Part shown: piece by piece, positions 9,901 to 17,287 of the stretch
How the letters are laid out: each line of letters opens with the position of its first letter
How positions within the stretch are numbered: the stretch's first letter is position 1
IMG/VR virus record: IMGVR_UViG_3300033182_000980
Coordinates: 248,001 to 312,000 of that record
DNA: 64,000 nt
Reading direction: 5' to 3' (one strand)
Notes under the pieces: generated by a model
The model's input: the letters and a program-made list of their open reading frames with translations, nothing else
The model's database searches: none
Told to the model about the DNA's origin: nothing
Made by a program: the position numbers and the translations under genes

Positions 9901-12660
9901 TTAGTGTCTTAAACCAATGTCCGAGAGTGTCTTGTCAACGAGCTTGCGAACCACTTCAAGATCATCTGTCTTTTTGACCACTCGACCATTGACCTCTACG
10001 ATTAAGTTTTTGTAGTCATAGCCCGATCCACTAGACTTGAAACCACTAATAGAAATCTTAGTGTTTGGGGCTTCAATCTTGATGACCCTCTCTCCTTTTC
10101 GGTCAAGTACACCAGTGACTTTGTGTTGCCCCTTCTTGAACATCCACTGTAGCTGTTTTTCAAATCGGCTGAGATCTTGCCACCCAATGTGGTTGCTAAG
10201 TAGTCCAAACAAGCGAGCTTCCATATAGCGAGAAGCGACTCGAATGGCTGGTAAGTCAGACATAAGGTTCTCTTTGACTTGCTCCTTGTCATAGATGATG
10301 CTTGGGTTTGAGAGATACATATTCCTTAGTTTTGAGGACACAGACATCATAAAGTCTTTCATCCCTCGACCAGAGAATCCTTGATTTCTTGCGAGAGTAG
10401 GCAACAAGCTACGATCTTTTAAAATGGAACTTGGGGATCTCAACGCTTCGACTAACTCTCTTTGTTCTTCTGGAGTCAGTTCAAGAGACAGTTCTTCCAT
10501 TCGCCTTAGTTGTTCACGACTAAGTGTGCCGAGATCATGTTGAAGGTTGAAGCCTCGATTCACGAGGTTGATGAAAAACATATAGGGTAGCTTTCTGCTG
10601 TGCGTAGATAAAGCCGCCCTAAATGATTTATGCTCTCTAGCTATCTCCACGAGAACTTCAATAACACCTAGTTTGTCGAGTGTAAGAAGTGCGTCTTTCC
10701 ATGTCTTGGACTTAAAGATATGGAGTAATTCTCGGTAGACACGATCTGGACTCTGATCCTTTAACTTGTGCTTGTTTCTCTTGATCGCTTGGGCTGTATC
10801 TTTGGGGATAGTCAGACCATATTTGACCACAAACTTAACTGCACGAATGATGCGTGTAGGATCTTTCGATAAGGTCTTATCAGCATCTAGGAAACACCTT
10901 GCTTCACCTGCTTCTAAATCCCTAATGCCGCATCCTGTCATGTCGATGATTTCTGCTTTATCTGGACCATCAGCTAAGTCAGATAGTCTCCACATAAGCA
11001 TATTAAATGTGTAGTCTCTGTTTGTTAGGGAGGTGTAGAGATTTGATCCTTCTAACTTCTCTTCTTCGGGGTATTCCTCAACATCTCTAATCTCGATAGC
11101 CGCATCACCATCTTTTGAGAACTCGCTAAGATCAACACCGTCTACGATCCACTCGGAGTTTACCCAAATGTGTGTGCCATACCAGTCAGTCATCACATGG
11201 GTCTGTGCGGGGATCATGTCTACAAGGTTATTAGCAACCCACTCGGCATCCCTTCCTAGATTTTCAGCGTCTACTACAACATCTACATCTTTCACAGGCA
11301 CATCAATCATAAAGTTGCGAATCGCACCACCTGCGACATAAATGTTTTCTGCCACTCCCCGACCCATAGATTTAGTTGCCCTTGAGAGCCACTTCATAAG
11401 GGCAGTTGAGTGAGCGTTTGAGACAGCTAGTTTCTTTCTTCTGGCCATTTTAGAAATCCTTCTCTTGATTAGATTTGGGTCATTTATGATTGATGGATCA
11501 GAGACATACATCTCTCTTAGTTGATCCATTTTGCGAGACATAAAATCTCTCATGTTCGACTTTCCGACACCCTTATGTCTAGCAAGGGTGGGGAGGAAAG
11601 ATTTGTCTTTAATTGCACCACCAGGAGACTTTATGTATTTAACAAGATCTCTCTGTTCCTCGTCCGTTAAGGCGAAGGCTTTTTCCTCTAGCCTAGCGAT
11701 CTGATTTCGATCTAAGACCGACAGGTCATGTCGAAGGGAGATACCTAAGTTGAGCATCCTAATGAAGAACCTATAGGGTAGCTTCTTCGCTTCTGTACTT
11801 AGTGCCGCTCTGAAGCTAGGTTCTTCTTCGGCTATGTCGGCAAGCACCTCAATCAGACCTAACTCTTCAAAGGTATCTAAAACGCTCTCCCATGTTCTCT
11901 CGGATAGGATGCCTCTAATCTCACCATAGATGCGGTTCGGGGGGACTTTGGTTAGAGCGTATCTCGTCTTTAGGATAGCCCTCTTAGTCTCATTAGGGAT
12001 GTTCAGACCATATTTGACTAGGAACTTAACAGCCCTAAGAATACGAGTAGGGTCATCATAGAATGTTTTTTCGGGGTCTAGTGGACACCTTGCTTCGCCT
12101 GCTTCTAAGTCAGCTAATCCACAGCCTGTCATATCTACGATTTCTGCTTGGTCTGGACCATCCGCTAAGTCAGCTAACCTCCACATAAGAGTGTTGAAGG
12201 TAAAGTCTCTACGATAGATGTCCTCTCGAATAGTGGATTTGGTGATCGAGGGTTTGTACCCACCCCCTGTGTCATCAGAGTAAGTCTCTGATCTAGCGTC
12301 CACGATCTCAATCGCCGCATCACCTTCTGCACTAAACTCACTAAGATCAAGACCGTCTACTATCCATTCAGACTTAACGAAGATCTTAGCTACACCATAC
12401 TGATCGCTCACAGTTTCAGTTCGAGCAGGAATCATGTCTGCCAGCTCGTCAGCGAGCCAAGCCGAGTTCTCCCCAAGAGCTATGGAGTCAAGCACAAGGT
12501 CTACATCTTTAACTGGCTTATTGAGCTTAAAGTTGCGTATAGCTCCACCTACTACATAAGTGTTTTCAGCAACATCTCTACCTAGTCTCTTGGTGGATCT
12601 TGAGAGCCACTTCATTAGAGCTACCGAGTGTTCATTAGATACCATTGCTGACTTAATCAT
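9901..12660 (-). CDS. Tandem-duplicated class II tRNA nucleotidyltransferase (CCA/poly(A) polymerase family), two catalytic units plus small C-terminal domain
   Basis: Two copies of GGAIRN...KDVD and DPTRI(L/I)RAVKF; unit 1 EDIYRRDFTFN, unit 2 TSLTNRDYTFN. Start moved to ATG 12660 (MIKSAM), which overlaps the upstream gene's end. Confidence 0.85.
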   Translation of the reverse strand: MIKSAMVSNEHSVALMKWLSRSTKRLGRDVAENTYVVGGAIRNFKLNKPVKDVDLVLDSIALGENSAWLADELADMIPARTETVSDQYGVAKIFVKSEWIVDGLDLSEFSAEGDAAIEIVDARSETYSDDTGGGYKPSITKSTIREDIYRRDFTFNTLMWRLADLADGPDQAEIVDMTGCGLADLEAGEARCPLDPEKTFYDDPTRILRAVKFLVKYGLNIPNETKRAILKTRYALTKVPPNRIYGEIRGILSERTWESVLDTFEELGLIEVLADIAEEEPSFRAALSTEAKKLPYRFFIRMLNLGISLRHDLSVLDRNQIARLEEKAFALTDEEQRDLVKYIKSPGGAIKDKSFLPTLARHKGVGKSNMRDFMSRKMDQLREMYVSDPSIINDPNLIKRRISKMARRKKLAVSNAHSTALMKWLSRATKSMGRGVAENIYVAGGAIRNFMIDVPVKDVDVVVDAENLGRDAEWVANNLVDMIPAQTHVMTDWYGTHIWVNSEWIVDGVDLSEFSKDGDAAIEIRDVEEYPEEEKLEGSNLYTSLTNRDYTFNMLMWRLSDLADGPDKAEIIDMTGCGIRDLEAGEARCFLDADKTLSKDPTRIIRAVKFVVKYGLTIPKDTAQAIKRNKHKLKDQSPDRVYRELLHIFKSKTWKDALLTLDKLGVIEVLVEIAREHKSFRAALSTHSRKLPYMFFINLVNRGFNLQHDLGTLSREQLRRMEELSLELTPEEQRELVEALRSPSSILKDRSLLPTLARNQGFSGRGMKDFMMSVSSKLRNMYLSNPSIIYDKEQVKENLMSDLPAIRVASRYMEARLFGLLSNHIGWQDLSRFEKQLQWMFKKGQHKVTGVLDRKGERVIKIEAPNTKISISGFKSSGSGYDYKNLIVEVNGRVVKKTDDLEVVRKLVDKTLSDIGLRH

Positions 12661-13228
12661 CTGACTTAACCTCTTCTGGTTCGGGTGTGGTTTCGACACC
12701 AAGTGATTTCTTAACCTTTGCTTTGAACATCTTGATAACGAACGCATTTAAAGCACCCGCACTCGCACCCATATAGACATCAATCATCATAAATGGCTTT
12801 GATAAGGTGACTGCAATACCCGCTCCTGTTAAAACAGCAACAAGTCGGATCACAGCGTCAGCCTTCTCTTTACAGGTTTTGAAGATGAAGGGCTTAATGA
12901 TCTGAGTGATCGCTAGGCTCAAGATAGCGGCGTTGACTACAAGATACACATGACCCATAAAGACATCATGTGTTTCACGACCTTCAGCTTTCCAAGGAAT
13001 ATACTCCATATACTGTGTGCAGGCTACACCCTCTTCGTATATTTTACATTCTTGGTTTTCTTCACCACATAGAAGATCATTACCCTCTATGATTTCGCAC
13101 AGCCTCGGTTCAGACTCCCCATCTTTATTCATGGTTTGACAGAGGATTGTATGAACATCAACAAACTGACAATGGTCTGGTAATGCGTGTAGTGGCTCTG
13201 CACTTATAGGTATGTTATGTTTAGCCAT
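12653..13228 (-). CDS. Membrane protein, holin-like C-terminal part
   Basis: Cys-rich N-terminus followed by about three hydrophobic segments and a charged tail; late motif upstream. Confidence 0.4.
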   Translation of the reverse strand: MAKHNIPISAEPLHALPDHCQFVDVHTILCQTMNKDGESEPRLCEIIEGNDLLCGEENQECKIYEEGVACTQYMEYIPWKAEGRETHDVFMGHVYLVVNAAILSLAITQIIKPFIFKTCKEKADAVIRLVAVLTGAGIAVTLSKPFMMIDVYMGASAGALNAFVIKMFKAKVKKSLGVETTPEPEEVKSDD

Positions 13229-13266
13229 GATTCACCTCGCTTCTTTTTATTTAATAAAGCAAGGCG

Positions 13267-13278
13267 ATAAACAAACTA
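13267..13278 (-). promoter_or_regulatory. Putative late promoter (TAGTTTGTTTAT)
   Basis: Identical 12-mer to the one upstream of the tail tube gene (49991). Confidence 0.7.
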
Positions 13279-13620
13279 TTAAGTGATAGAGATGCTATGG
13301 CTACTAGACTTAAACCTTCGAGCTAAAGAGTCCCACACCCTCAATGCGGACTCGCTCGTCTTACCCTCATAGAGATAGTCTGGTATAAACTGAAAGGGTT
13401 GCCCCTTGCTTTCAACCTTACCCTCTTTGACCACCTCAAGGTATAACCGAGTACCAATCCCTCGCCCTCTGTATTGGTCTTTAAGCTCACTTTCAAGCAA
13501 GACGAGGGTTTGGGTATTGGGTAAGTAAACAGCGTGAGCAAAACCTACCTCTACGCCCTTATCGAGAGCAAGGATATAGAACCGATCTCTTGTATCTGGC
13601 TCACGCTTAAAAGAAATCAC
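13279..13620 (-). CDS. GNAT-fold acetyltransferase-like protein (paralogue 3)
   Basis: YRGRGIGTRLY acetyl-CoA-binding motif A; shared FIPDY...TSESALRVW. Confidence 0.65.
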   Translation of the reverse strand: MISFKREPDTRDRFYILALDKGVEVGFAHAVYLPNTQTLVLLESELKDQYRGRGIGTRLYLEVVKEGKVESKGQPFQFIPDYLYEGKTSESALRVWDSLARRFKSSSHSISIT

Positions 13621-14156
13621 AGGTGGGGCATCTTATCTATGACGATGACATCACCCTCCGAGTGATACTTCTTAGCAAATGATTTCCATACCCTTAGAGC
13701 CTTATCCGAGGTAGACCTATTGTGGCAGTAGTTAGGCATGAACAACAAAGGCAATCTACCATGTTCAAGCCACGCTTCTTTGACTAACTCAACATACATT
13801 TGAACTCCACATCTCTGACCTTGTAGAGACTCATGGAGATAGGAACTAATAACTTCTACAACAAGAATAACTGGTTCATCTCCATCTTCATATCGAAGCA
13901 TTTCGTCCTCAAACCAATACTCTTCGGATAGCTTCTCAATGTCATCTGCACAGGCAAAATGACCTCTACCCATTTCTTCTAGTGTATAGAAAGCTACATG
14001 GGCTTCACAATGCCCCTTGTATTCACCATCAACTTGAAGCTCAACACCAAGATTAGCATTTCTATCGTCATAGTCAGTGGAGACATCAATGGTGATGTTG
14101 CCCTTTTGGTAATTGGCTTTCATGTAGCGACTAGCTACTCTTTCATAGGATTTCAT
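13617..14156 (-). CDS. GNAT-fold acetyltransferase-like protein (paralogue 2) with RVASRY leader
   Basis: LQGQRCGVQMY motif A; FMPNYC...TSDKALRVW; N-terminus MKSYERVASRYMKA. Confidence 0.6.
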   Translation of the reverse strand: MKSYERVASRYMKANYQKGNITIDVSTDYDDRNANLGVELQVDGEYKGHCEAHVAFYTLEEMGRGHFACADDIEKLSEEYWFEDEMLRYEDGDEPVILVVEVISSYLHESLQGQRCGVQMYVELVKEAWLEHGRLPLLFMPNYCHNRSTSDKALRVWKSFAKKYHSEGDVIVIDKMPHL

Positions 14157-14650
14157 CTTGTACTCCCATCATATACAATAACATCACCAGACGATGGGAG
14201 CTTACGAGACAGTGATTTCCAGACCCTTAAAGCGGAGTCTGATGTTTCGTCTTGAACACTCTCACAATAGTTAGGGATAAATAGAAAGGGTGCCTGAACC
14301 ATAGAGTAGGTGTGTTCCAGAAACTTTAGGTACATTTCTATTCCGTAGCCTTTACCTCTTGAAGACTTAGCGATCTTACTATCCTTAATAGAAACGATAT
14401 ATATTTTATCCCCTTTAACTAATTTTGGATAACGATCGATGAGTTTATACATATCCTCATAGCACAAATAAGTATCCCCAATGAATTCGGGTTCGATTTC
14501 GTCTTGTTTAACTTTTTCAATCCTACCACTAATGTTTCCTATCAAACTCCCACTGAGGTAGGCATAGCCTTTAGGGTTGCGAGAATGGTTGTTAAAGTTA
14601 AACACCATTTCACTAGCATATCTTAATGCGACTCTCTGATATGGCTTCAT
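14153..14650 (-). CDS. GNAT-fold acetyltransferase-like protein (paralogue 1) with RVALRY leader
   Basis: SRGKGYGIEMY motif A; FIPNYC...TSDSALRVW; N-terminus MKPYQRVALRYA. Confidence 0.6.
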   Translation of the reverse strand: MKPYQRVALRYASEMVFNFNNHSRNPKGYAYLSGSLIGNISGRIEKVKQDEIEPEFIGDTYLCYEDMYKLIDRYPKLVKGDKIYIVSIKDSKIAKSSRGKGYGIEMYLKFLEHTYSMVQAPFLFIPNYCESVQDETSDSALRVWKSLSRKLPSSGDVIVYDGSTR

Positions 14651-14686
14651 TTTTTGTACTCCTTTAATAAGTACAATAGGAGCATA

Positions 14687-14698
14687 ATAAACAATTTA
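14687..14698 (-). promoter_or_regulatory. Putative late promoter (TAAATTGTTTAT)
   Basis: Matches the motif, upstream of the GNAT triplet. Confidence 0.6.
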
Positions 14699-14705
14699 TT
14701 AAAGG

Positions 14706-15089
14706 ATGGATATTATGGGTGCTGGAGTAATGCTTTTATGCAATAACAAAACGCTAATACTTAAAAGAGCGAACTACAAACATGATCGCTTTTCAGGCTA
14801 TTGGAACTTTCCTGGTGGTCAAGGAGAGCCAAACGAAACGACTTATCAGACAGCCCTAAGAGAGACTGAAGAAGAGACAGGTATCAAACCCGATCAATAT
14901 AAAGTAGTAGACCATGTAGACGACAAGATTTACACGATGTATGTCGGGGTGTGTAAGGAAGAGATCGTGCCTGTCCTAGATCACGAGCATACAGAGTGGG
15001 AGTGGGTTGTCATCTCTAAGATCCCTAGCATGACTCGTGAGATGCACCCCAAGGATTGGCGAGGGTTCAAGAAGTATTATCGGCTTTAG
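14706..15089 (+). CDS. Nudix hydrolase
   Basis: Nudix box PGGQGEPNETTYQTALRETEEETG. Confidence 0.92.
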   Translation: MDIMGAGVMLLCNNKTLILKRANYKHDRFSGYWNFPGGQGEPNETTYQTALRETEEETGIKPDQYKVVDHVDDKIYTMYVGVCKEEIVPVLDHEHTEWEWVVISKIPSMTREMHPKDWRGFKKYYRL

Positions 15090-15092
15090 AAA

Positions 15093-16175
15093 TCACCACA
15101 CTTGGAAGTGAACCCCTAAAGACCAAGTGTTTGAACCGTCAGCACCGATAACCCAACCAAGACCTGGAGCTATGTTGAGGCTCTTACCCATAATGTAAGG
15201 ATGCCATGTACCCATCACCCCTAGATACTGATTGGACTCGGTTAGAGCAAAGTTAGCTCCTAAGCGATAATCGCCCTTAGCAAAGTTGATAAAGCTACCC
15301 CCAATAGACAACCCAAACTCACCACCTTGAAAGGTTGACCCTACAAGTAAGCTCGGCTCGAACATTCTAAGACCAAGACGAACCGAAGTTGCTGGTGTCG
15401 TTGGGATGTAGACGAGTTGTGAATCGAGGTTAGGGTCGCCTGCCATGAGGATACTTTCAAGACCCTCTAGGGGTACAAACTTCCCTTGCTCATCAGTGTA
15501 CCCTCCATATATGTGAATACCTTGGTTTTGAACAGCTCCAGAACCCAAACTATCACCCTCACCATAAGTGATAGCAACAACCTTAAATGCGAGGTTGAAG
15601 TCTATGTGGTTGTCTAGTTCAGCCCAAAGATTTCTACTCCGAAAGGTATATGCTGGCCTACCATTAAAACTAAAAGGAGATCGCCAACTAAACTCAAATG
15701 GCTCACATCTTTCGGGGTGGTCGGAACACCTGTGCCTATCCTCCCTAGAAACACCAGGCCAACTCTGAGGTGGTGCAGGTGTTGGTTCTCTGCCACTTCT
15801 AAGGGATGAGATACCTCTGTTAAGTTTGCCCTCCATACGAACAAATCTTTGACTGATAGCTCTTATCTCTGCACCTGTCTCGGATTTGAAATCGCTTATG
15901 GCTTGCTGTGTTCTTTGGTCAAGACCGCTGATGATCGCATTCGCTCTTTGTTCAAGAGTGACTCGGTCAACCATATGAGACTGAACTGTACCTAGAGTGG
16001 TTTCAATCGCAGAAATCTTCTGTGCGTTCTCGGACAAGATGCCCTTCATTTGATTTTGGATCGTATCGTTCATTCTTTGCATCTTGTAGACAGACCAAGC
16101 GTTGCCTCCTACAGAAATCAAGAACAGGCTCAAGAGTGCGTAAGCTCCATATTTGATGTTCGCCAACTCAATCAT
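15093..16175 (-). CDS. Membrane-anchored coiled-coil protein with C-terminal beta-barrel-like region (spanin-like candidate)
   Basis: N-terminal TM segment (YALLSLFLISVGGNAW), coiled coil, amphipathic beta strands ending SLGVHFQVW. Confidence 0.45.
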   Translation of the reverse strand: MIELANIKYGAYALLSLFLISVGGNAWSVYKMQRMNDTIQNQMKGILSENAQKISAIETTLGTVQSHMVDRVTLEQRANAIISGLDQRTQQAISDFKSETGAEIRAISQRFVRMEGKLNRGISSLRSGREPTPAPPQSWPGVSREDRHRCSDHPERCEPFEFSWRSPFSFNGRPAYTFRSRNLWAELDNHIDFNLAFKVVAITYGEGDSLGSGAVQNQGIHIYGGYTDEQGKFVPLEGLESILMAGDPNLDSQLVYIPTTPATSVRLGLRMFEPSLLVGSTFQGGEFGLSIGGSFINFAKGDYRLGANFALTESNQYLGVMGTWHPYIMGKSLNIAPGLGWVIGADGSNTWSLGVHFQVW

Positions 16176-16254
16176 AGTAAATCTCCTTTCTTTGTTAGGA
16201 GATACTATACCATGACCGAGCTAGTCCACCTTCTTCTTAATCTGATCCGATCTC

Positions 16255-16446
16255 CTATTCTTTATCTTCTACAACTACGATCTCTCGTGTCGTCTTACCT
16301 GTGCTGTAGTCGATGTTCTCACGAACCCGAAAGACAGGTGGTGGTTCGGGTTGTGGTGGTCGGCTGTAGTAGCGAACTTCATTTTTCCACTGACCTCCGA
16401 CTTCGACCCACACTCGCTCTCCATTTTCCATTCGCTTGTAAGGCAT
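16255..16446 (-). CDS. Small hypothetical protein
   Basis: AAGGAG RBS before ATG; 63 aa. Confidence 0.5.
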   Translation of the reverse strand: MPYKRMENGERVWVEVGGQWKNEVRYYSRPPQPEPPPVFRVRENIDYSTGKTTREIVVVEDKE

Positions 16447-16461
16447 TGTATTTCTCCTTTG

Positions 16462-16692
16462 TTAAAGTGTTTTGATAACTTCCCACCAACCTGGTCCACA
16501 TTGTTCGGTACGCTGTAGGACTAAGGTTTGTGAGCCTAGAGGCTCAAGAAAGTCTCTGTGTGTTTTGTCGTATCCATCGCCCCCTTTGGACTTTAAGAGA
16601 GCGTCTGCTGAACAGACAAGCATCTCGTTAAGTCCAAAGTATTGAGCACCGAACAGACCACATTGATCGACATCTGTGTAGACCATCATCAC
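16462..16692 (-). CDS. Small hypothetical protein
   Basis: Co-oriented and tightly packed with neighbours; G-rich RBS-like sequence upstream. Confidence 0.45.
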   Translation of the reverse strand: MMMVYTDVDQCGLFGAQYFGLNEMLVCSADALLKSKGGDGYDKTHRDFLEPLGSQTLVLQRTEQCGPGWWEVIKTL

Positions 16693-16702
16693 CCACCCCC
16701 CT

Positions 16703-17098
16703 TTACTTCTGAAGCATTGAGAGGGGCAACTGCTGGATCACTTGGAAGATACACTCGTTAAAGTGTTCGACCACAAACTCGGTATCGTTGCGACTTGATG
16801 CTGAGGGTTGGATGATGACCACGACATCTCCGTCAGAGAGGCTGACATTGCCACCGACACACTCAGATTTGGTGAGTCCTTGAGCGAGGGCGACAGTGGA
16901 CTCATGTCGGGGGTTGATTGCGTTCTCGAACGCAATGTTCGAGGCACTTTCTGCAAGGGCAACGAGTGCCTTTGCGTCCTCGACAGAGATACTGCTCTTG
17001 TGTACAAGAGCGTTGGTGTCTGTCAGCATACGATTGCTGAAGGCACTTGAGAGGACGACACGGGTGGTAGGTGCTTTGAGGATGTTTGCGATAGTCAT
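16703..17098 (-). CDS. DUF1874/STIV B116/AcrIII-1-like protein (divergent)
   Basis: VVLSSAFSNRML...ISVEDAKAL...NAINPRHESTVALA...VSLSDGDVVVIIQ parallels the DUF1874 pattern as recalled (LLNAFSLNML...ISLEEAK...SAIGHxxTA...IKLxxGDxxxVxQ). Start at 17098 with AAAGGAG RBS. Confidence 0.55.
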   Translation of the reverse strand: MTIANILKAPTTRVVLSSAFSNRMLTDTNALVHKSSISVEDAKALVALAESASNIAFENAINPRHESTVALAQGLTKSECVGGNVSLSDGDVVVIIQPSASSRNDTEFVVEHFNECIFQVIQQLPLSMLQK

Positions 17099-17139
17099 AT
17101 TAGGTTCTCCTTTCAAGAGATTGAGTTGATGACATTGGT

Positions 17140-17228
17140 TATATGATTAAGGGGTTACAGGGGGCGAGGGTTGCTCACTCACAGTGAGGATTGCTCCTCG
17201 GTACACAATCTTATAGATAAGGGGTTAC
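17140..17228 (-). promoter_or_regulatory. Two tandem putative early promoters (GTAACCCCTTATCTATA at 17212-17228; GTAACCCCTTAATCATATA at 17140-17158)
   Basis: The same motif recurs at 30886, 31118 and 31764, each time upstream of small accessory genes. Confidence 0.65.
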
Positions 17229-17241
17229 GCTTTGCCCTTTC

Positions 17242-17250
17242 TCATATAAT
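17242..17250 (+). promoter_or_regulatory. Putative middle promoter element TCATATAAT
   Basis: The same element lies upstream of other replication/nuclease genes (28215, 34873, 45165, 49205). Confidence 0.5.
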
Positions 17251-17287
17251 ATGCGTGTGAGCATTTACTTATAAGGAGGTGCAACTG

